A DNA stretch of 64,000 nucleotides from Lepidodermella squamata. Lineage: Eukaryota > Animalia > Gastrotricha. A program made the translations under genes and the position numbers. The stretch's first letter is position 1. Each line of letters begins with the position of its first letter. This document shows positions 57,188-64,000 of this stretch, one piece after another. The notes under the pieces are model-generated. The model did not search any database and was not told the origin of the DNA. It saw only the letters and a list, made by a program, of their open reading frames with translations. The stretch spans positions 992,001-1,056,000 of the forward strand of contig JBLDXI010000042.1 in NCBI GenBank assembly GCA_047495785.1, in the 5' to 3' direction.

Positions 57188-60100
57188 ATGATAGGGCTCA
57201 CGAATCTTAATCGGCCCATAGTCTACATCAGCCATTGCCATGATTACCGGCCTAGTGATGCAGCTTGGATTGCGAATCGACTACTTGCCCATTTTCAAGT
57301 GATTTTCCGTGAAAGTCACGCAAATTTCGATGAAGAGAAGATGCGAGAGGTATGTTTTCTCGATACTCATCAAATCTTACTGATTTTCATTGAATTTCAA
57401 TCTCAGAACATCGGCAGAAGTGACTGCGTACTGATCTGCTATTCAAACAAGTATCGAGATAGGAAAAATTGTCTAGCCGAGCTGAACTATGCAGATCTAC
57501 AGCAGAAACCTTTTTTCACGGTAGTTCTACAAGAAGATGCTGAAAAAACTGGCCGGCCGTGGTTGGTCATTAATCAGCATGAATACAAGGTCTGCTCAAA
57601 TCCAGAGGCCGTTAACAGCGCTATTCACGACATTGTTTTTGGAGTCAAACAACAAATCGCTTTAGTTAAGTAAGTCTTCAAAGCCAGTTCACATTTTGGA
57701 GGTTAAAATCGATCTACACCAGGGGTGCGCTGAGGCTGTACGGCACCTCGTTCCCACAATACAAACTGTATGGCCGGAAGAAGGATGTTGTCGAAGAATT
57801 TGCTCAGCACATCCTGGAAATGTCAACAGGATCGAGCGATAATCGTGAGCTATCATTTTTGTTATCCCTAGCAACCGTTGCTGTGATAATGCGTCGTTTT
57901 TGAAAAAGGACGCTTTTTCATGGTAACCGTTGCTAAGGATGATTGAATTTCTATTTTAGTTGTCCTTGCGATCACTGGCAAAGCTGAAATCGGGAAAACG
58001 TGTTTCCTTATCGTAAATTGGCCAATTTGAACATGCAAGACCACTATCAAAACAAATGTGGCCTGCGTAACGCCTTATGGATCGACTGCATCAAATGGCG
58101 GGATCATTTCGACGAATTTCAGGCGACAGCCCTTCACAACAGAATTTTACATCTGATGAAACCTGTCGAGAAATCACGCGATTTTCTGATAGTCTTCGAC
58201 AGTGTTTACCGCTTCGACGTCTATAAGGCGATTCTCGACTTCGATTGCATCAAAAATGTGCCTAAAATCGTTGTATTGCGCGACGAAACTTACGACGAGT
58301 TCTTGAAAGAGTTCAATGGGTCGCAGACCAACTACAAGCCTCGACTGTTGAAACTACCGCCGTTCACTGATAAAGACATAGTGGCAATGTTACTGGACAC
58401 CCACGACCTTCGAAGCTACAACGCTGATCAGCAGGAGATTAATTCCATAGCGAGGGCTTGCATGGGCCTGCCTGGTAAAGCAACGAAAGCGGCTAATATT
58501 TTAAGAACAGGTTCGGCTTGAACCTAGCAATTTATAGTAAAATTGAACTCGATTAGAAATAGGTGAATGGAAGTCGGGTTTTTGCTGCGTGAAACGGCCA
58601 ACTAACGTCGACCCTCTAGCTGAGTGTCTTAGCATGAAAGATATCGTTAGACCCGAATTTCTGTCACCCGAAAAATTCGAATCTCTGAACGAGCCCAGGG
58701 CTCTAAAGTAAGTTGTAGAATGGAGCCTCCAACAATAATTTAGTAATCTTTCTTAATAGATTCGTTGGGGTACCCAATATTGACGTTGTAATCTACTCGA
58801 GGAGGGAAGAGCGTGATTTGCTCAAGGGGCTCAAATCTTTGATCGATGAGGAATCGAGAGGTGAGTCCACATTCCTACGCTTTCGTTCGACTATTGGGTG
58901 TTTCCAAAAGGGGTTCTCATGGTGTCTGGATCAGCTGGGAGTGGAAAATCGACCCTGGTCTCAAAGGCCCTCAGAAACCAACGAAATCTCGATTTTCTCA
59001 GAACCAAATGCAATATTTCAATTGTGATGTGGCTCAGCTGTTTCCGATGGGGCAAGGGGATTACTACGAGGGCAGTTACCCACGAGTTCTCCCAGGCCTT
59101 ACTACAGCTTGGCTCAAACCTCGCCTCAGACCAGGACTATCGGAAGTGGCTAAGAGTTCGGGACATGATTCAATTCTTCGAAGAGCTCAACAATCCATCG
59201 ATCTTATTTGTCCTGGACGATTGCTGTCACGTGACTGTATTTGGCACTTTCCGGAAATTGGTCGAAAACTCCCCCTGCATCGTCATAACCCGCGACGCCT
59301 CACTGATGATCGGTGTCAGAATTGCTCAACAAATCGATTTGCCCAAATTTTCGGACGCTGCAATTATCGATATGCTGCAAACGAACTACGAACTGAAGGA
59401 CAAATTGACAGATGAAAATCTGGCCGAAGTCGCGAAAAAGTGCTATGGGCTCCCTATTCTGGCTAATCTTGTCGGTGGGAGATTCGTCAGCCAGCAAAAT
59501 ACCCGGAAAATCCTTGTCCAGATTCGCTTTCAAGAGTCGCAACTTGTTGGGAATAACGGATCTCTGAAATTGAGCGAGGAAGCTTTGGTTCAACATCACT
59601 TCAAACAACTGATGGCTTTAAGAGATGAAGAAGAACGGTTCCGCTACTTCACCTTCCTCCTATTGAATCCTGGTAAGGCGATTCGCGTCAGTGAACTCGC
59701 GGCATTATGGGGCCTTGAAAATCCAACCGAAGCTTCGGCTCTACTAAGATCTTTCGAAGAATGTGGCTTGTTGAGGCAATCGAAATCCCAGGGCGAATTG
59801 GCGTTTCAAATCCATCAAATGTTACACGAAGGTGCTCTAATCCTAGCTAAGGCCTACTTCCGGCTCGAAGATGCAAACATATCCCAAATCCGCATTCAAA
59901 TCATGGCTGAATCAGCTTTGAAGATGAAAGGCTTGAACTATCGCTCCCCAAGCCCGCCGAATCTCGCGGCTCGAATCGCCCTATTCCTATACAAATCCAT
60001 CGCGTTGGATATGTCTGAACTTGCCAGGAAAATCGTGTTCAAATTCAACGGCGGCGAGTTTCGAATGATATCTAAAATGAGTATAGACCCGGTCTCTTTA

Positions 60101-61240
60101 CCGGAAATTGCGAAACCTCAATGCTCAGTAACTGGGTTAACAGCTCTAATGGTTGTGGCGAGGTATGGCGATGTAGACCTGGTTAAGATTGTCCGATACT
60201 TCTGCCCAGATTCTGTCCGCATCGTTAATGAAAAGGACGGAAGGACCGCTTTATCTTTCGCCGCTCAAAGCGGCCATTGCGACGCGGTTCAATCGCTGTT
60301 TCATTGGTGGCCTGAAGCTTTGACTTTGGTCGATAAATCTGAGATGACCCCCCTCAGCTGGGCTGTAGCGAATGATCACCCAGATGCGACGAGATTTCTC
60401 GCGAAGGAATGGCCAAGTGACGCTAGAATCGCCGACTCAATCGGCCGAACGCCGTTATCTATTGCGACCAAAAACGGGTATTCCCTAGTCGCGAAGGTCC
60501 TGACCGATAACTGGCTACTCCGGGTCCAGGATATGGGGCAAATGGTTGAGAGGGACACGAAACGTACCCCTCTCCACTGGGCGGCTGAGAACGGCGATTT
60601 GGGCATGGTGATTTTCCTATCTGAGAGGTACCCACTTGCTATAGATTGGAAGGACGTGAATGACCAAACGCCGATGCAAATCGCAGTTCAACTCGGGCAT
60701 TATGGTATAGTGCGGCATTTTGTTGAAATTTCGCCGTATACAGTCAATATTCCGGACTCGAACGGAAAATGGCCTGTTCAAGTTGCGGCGGAGAAGGGGT
60801 ATCTAGACATGGTCCATATCCTGTTGGCGAAGTACCCCGATGCGGTGGACCAATTCGATGAAATCGGGGGTAGGACGCCTGTTTCAATAGCCGCAGAGAA
60901 CGGGCATCTCTCCGTTGTGAAATTCCTCCACCAAAAGTCACCGAAATGTATAGAGGTACCGTCCAATACTGGCAGGATACCTGTTATGTGGGCTGCTATG
61001 AATGGACATCTTCCAGTAGTGATATTTCTAGCGGAACAATGGCCTGGGGGCCTGAGAATAATGGATAAGAGCGGGAAAGCGGCTCTTCACCACGCCCGTG
61101 AGAGAAATCACGTTGAAGTGGCCAAGCTACTCTCTGACCTGTGTCCTGAATATCTGATAGTTCAGGAATCAGCCGCTCTAATGATTCCTCATGAAATTCA
61201 TGCTTTGATACCGGTTGATGATCAGTCTTCAACAGCTTAG
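57188..61240 (+). CDS. TIR - STAND - STAND - ankyrin protein, copy 2 (7 exons); apparent 1-nt deletion frameshift at ~58012
   Basis: TIR (IVYISH, SDCVLICYS, LAELNYA); GKAEIGKT, LIVFDSV, GLP; GSAGSGKST, LFVLDDC, GLPI, IHQML; ~9 ankyrin repeats. Confidence 0.85.
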
Positions 61241-61755
61241 TAACGTCTCTACTCGCTTTTTTCCTTATTAGTAATTAGTAGCTTTATCTTGTCCTTCAAC
61301 TCTCATTTTCCCGGTTGAAACGTTTGAAACGAACAGAAAGCTGTTTCCTTACTTCCAATGCATTGTCAATTACTGAATAAAACAAGAAACTGAAAGCTCT
61401 CATTATTTATAAGCAAATACGGCCGGGGCTCTTTGGCTTTTAGGATTGGAGATAAGGTTCTAAAATCGCTGTATCCACAACCCCTGATTTTCGACTGATT
61501 TTTACATTTTCATTGACCAAAAATAGATAAGAAGATTTGCGATATTTTTATGTCTACGCGTGTTGTAATTGTGTTATCAATAATTTATCTTGCGGTGTCA
61601 TTAACTATTCTATCAAATACCGATCATCTCAATGGCCACAACACACGGTCGATATCTCGTTAAGGTCTTAGCAACCTGCGCTCACTCGTGTCTCCCACAC
61701 GGGACAATTCGACCCTGTTAGGTTAGTAGGGCATATCATCTCTCAATTTCAAACG

Positions 61756-64000
61756 ATGGCTAGCCTAGGCAAACCGGTGATTTTCATCAGCTATCATCCC
61801 GCTGTAAGGAAGAATGACGTATTATTGCTGGCTAAAAAGCTCGCCAGTAATTTTGTTGTCAATTATGAAAAATCGAGCAATCCAGATGTTAACAGAACTA
61901 AAGAAGTAAGCATAACTCATAAACTGCCCTAAAATTCTTGAAATACTCTTACTTTCCAGACAATTGAACGAAGTGACTGTTTTCTCGTCTGTTATTCGAA
62001 CAAATATCGAGAGAGATCCGTCAATTTGATCGAGCTAACTTATGCTGACTTTAGGCGCAAACCAATCTATTCAATTTTGATGGAGGAAGACATACAACGA
62101 ACAGGGAATCCTTGGCAGATCCTCAGTCAACACGATCAAATCAAGTGTCTAACAGCCGAAGATATCAAAAACTCAACAAGTGACGTAGTAGTCGGGTTAA
62201 AACGCGTTTTGGCTGCTTCTAAGGCAGGAATAAGGCTAATCGGCTGCCAGATACCTCATGAGAAGCTTTACCAAAGGAAAAAAGAGGTTTTGGATGGTTT
62301 TCTTGGCAATGTCCATGGAATTTCTACAAATCCAGATGAATGTAAGCCTTTCTAAGAAGAAACGACTTGAAATTTCAGAACTGTCGTTATTCCAGCTCTT
62401 TTGGTTGTAACCGGAACGGCTGATGTAGGAAAAACTTGCTTTGTAGTCAACATATTGCGAGATCCAGCTCAACTAGACTATTTTTCATCGAAATGTGGTT
62501 TGAAAGCTGCATTTTGGATCGACTGCATCAAGTTTCGCTATGACTTCGACCAGTTTTCTATCGACAGGTTCAAGCAACGATTAGATGCGTTAGTCAAGTC
62601 GCAGCATCCTGAAATTGAGACTTTGCCAGTTGGCGGGCCAGATGGTACCTCATACGACTGCCTTTTCGTTTTTGATAACGTGTTCAATGCTCAAATTCTG
62701 CAAGTCATTCATGAACATTGCAGTTCACATCTATGGCCAACGATTGTGATCATTCGAGAGGAAAACTTGGATGAGATTCAAATCAAAGCGAGAAAAATTC
62801 GGCACCGAAAATTTGAGGTTTCAGCTTTTACAGAACAAGATATTAATGACATGCTACTGGAAACGTTCGAACTAAGGAAGTACAACCTTGATCAACAAGA
62901 AATACGGAATATTGCGAAATCTTGCGCTGGAAATCCAAGAAAAGCAGTTCAAGCTGCAAAAATTCTCCGAGCTGAAGGTACGGGTCTAGTTAATCCCATA
63001 TTTCTACAAAAAGTATGATTCTAGGTGAGCAAATTTCGATCTCATGCTGTTTGAAACGAACAAGTAAGGTCGACCCTCTATCGGAATGTTATCCCGAAAT
63101 CCAGCAAAAGTCGACACTTGAAGTTATAAAAACTGAGCCTGATACCAGCTCGCATTCGGCATTCCCAGCTCGAAGCAACGTATACTATAAAAGAAAAGAA
63201 GATTCAGTTTTCCAAGCCGGATTGATAGCGGTATGTGAAGCTGAGGCCGATCATACGCTCTGTGTTAGTGGCTCGGCTGGGTCCGGGAAAAGCTGCCTAG
63301 TCTCAACAAATCTACGCCAAAAAGCGATGGTTGAGATCCTCAAAGACCGATTCAAGATCCATGTTGCGATTTGGGTCGATTGCTACAGATGGAGGAAAGG
63401 CGTGACAAATCGAGACGAAGTGTTCGAGTTCAGCCAAACCGTACTGAATCTGCTTAAATCGAAATTCCGCGTTCAATCTATGGAAGAAATCTACTCGGTC
63501 GCGAAATTCATTCAAGTCGTGAAAAACGAATTAGGGCAACGAATCTTGTTCATTTTCGACAATTTTCAACATTCAACGATTTTGGAAATGTTCCGGAAGT
63601 ACCTTGAGGTCCAATCGCCCTGCATTGTGATATCTGAGCCTGGGAATGAGCCGAATAGTAACATTATCGAAATCGGGAAATTGCCTGAGGAGGTCGTTGT
63701 AGACCATCTCCAGACAAGTTGTGAGTTGAAAGACCGGCTTAGTTTCGAAGAGCTCTCCGAAGCAGCGAAATTGAGCGATGGTTCATTCGTGGCAGCTTCC
63801 CTTCTCGGAGGCCAACTTACTCACCAGAAGAGAATCCTTGCGAGAACTGAGCTAAAATCGATGTTAACCTCAGAAATCAATCAATCGACTGTAGAGGCAT
63901 TGGATGGAGCTGAGAAACGGAAGTTTTTTACTTTCCTCCTGTTCAACCCTGGGACGTCACTCCTAACAACAGATCTTGCCAAGCTTTGGGGCTTAGCAAA
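61756..64000 (+). CDS. TIR - STAND - STAND (- ankyrin expected) protein, copy 3, truncated by the window edge
   Basis: ATG 61756; VIFISY, SDCFLVCYS, LIELTYA; GTADVGKT, LFVFDNV, GNP; GSAGSGKS, LFIFDNF; no lesion seen in the part translated (introns ~61906-61959, 62342-62395, 62978-63024). Confidence 0.85.

Noticed and set aside
57872-57922. Candidate micro-exon that might repair the copy-2 frame
   Set aside because: Needs 27- and 37-nt introns, contains an in-frame TGA, and lies upstream of the frameshift
1-64000. Prokaryotic reading (operons, anti-phage island) suggested by the TIR-STAND and PQQ-like genes
   Set aside because: Spliceosomal introns, LINEs, MITEs, a GPCR and Sushi/CTLD domains show an animal nuclear genome

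Overview
Gene-dense metazoan (invertebrate-type) genomic DNA: many 43-60 nt GT-AG introns, an interstitial TTAGGG tract and a Pol III tRNA-Met. The species cannot be named from sequence alone. Gene models were spliced by hand, because the ORF track fragments most genes. Left to right: two secreted Ala/Asn-rich orphan proteins; a secreted Sushi-Sushi-ankyrin gene; an ankyrin gene; four divergent two-exon Cys-loop ion-channel genes punctuated by six copies of a fixed-spacer inverted repeat; a NEK-like pseudokinase-ankyrin fusion; tRNA-Met; three S1 serine-protease paralogues (one broken); a local duplication carrying a Cys-rich secreted gene. One duplicate hosts a 2.6 kb Mutator-like element encoding leader / 2A-like StopGo motif / FAR1-type zinc finger / Ulp1 protease. 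Further right: a GPI-anchored PQQ-like beta-propeller; a divergent GPCR; a secreted protein with eight 4-Cys modules plus two C-type lectin domains; LINE relics and many MITEs; and a tandem array of three TIR - STAND - STAND - ankyrin (NLR-like) genes running off the right edge. The best novelty candidates are the double-NTPase TIR-NLR array, the 2A-bearing DNA transposon, and the ion-channel cluster with its inverted-repeat elements. All domain calls come from motif recognition, not database searches.
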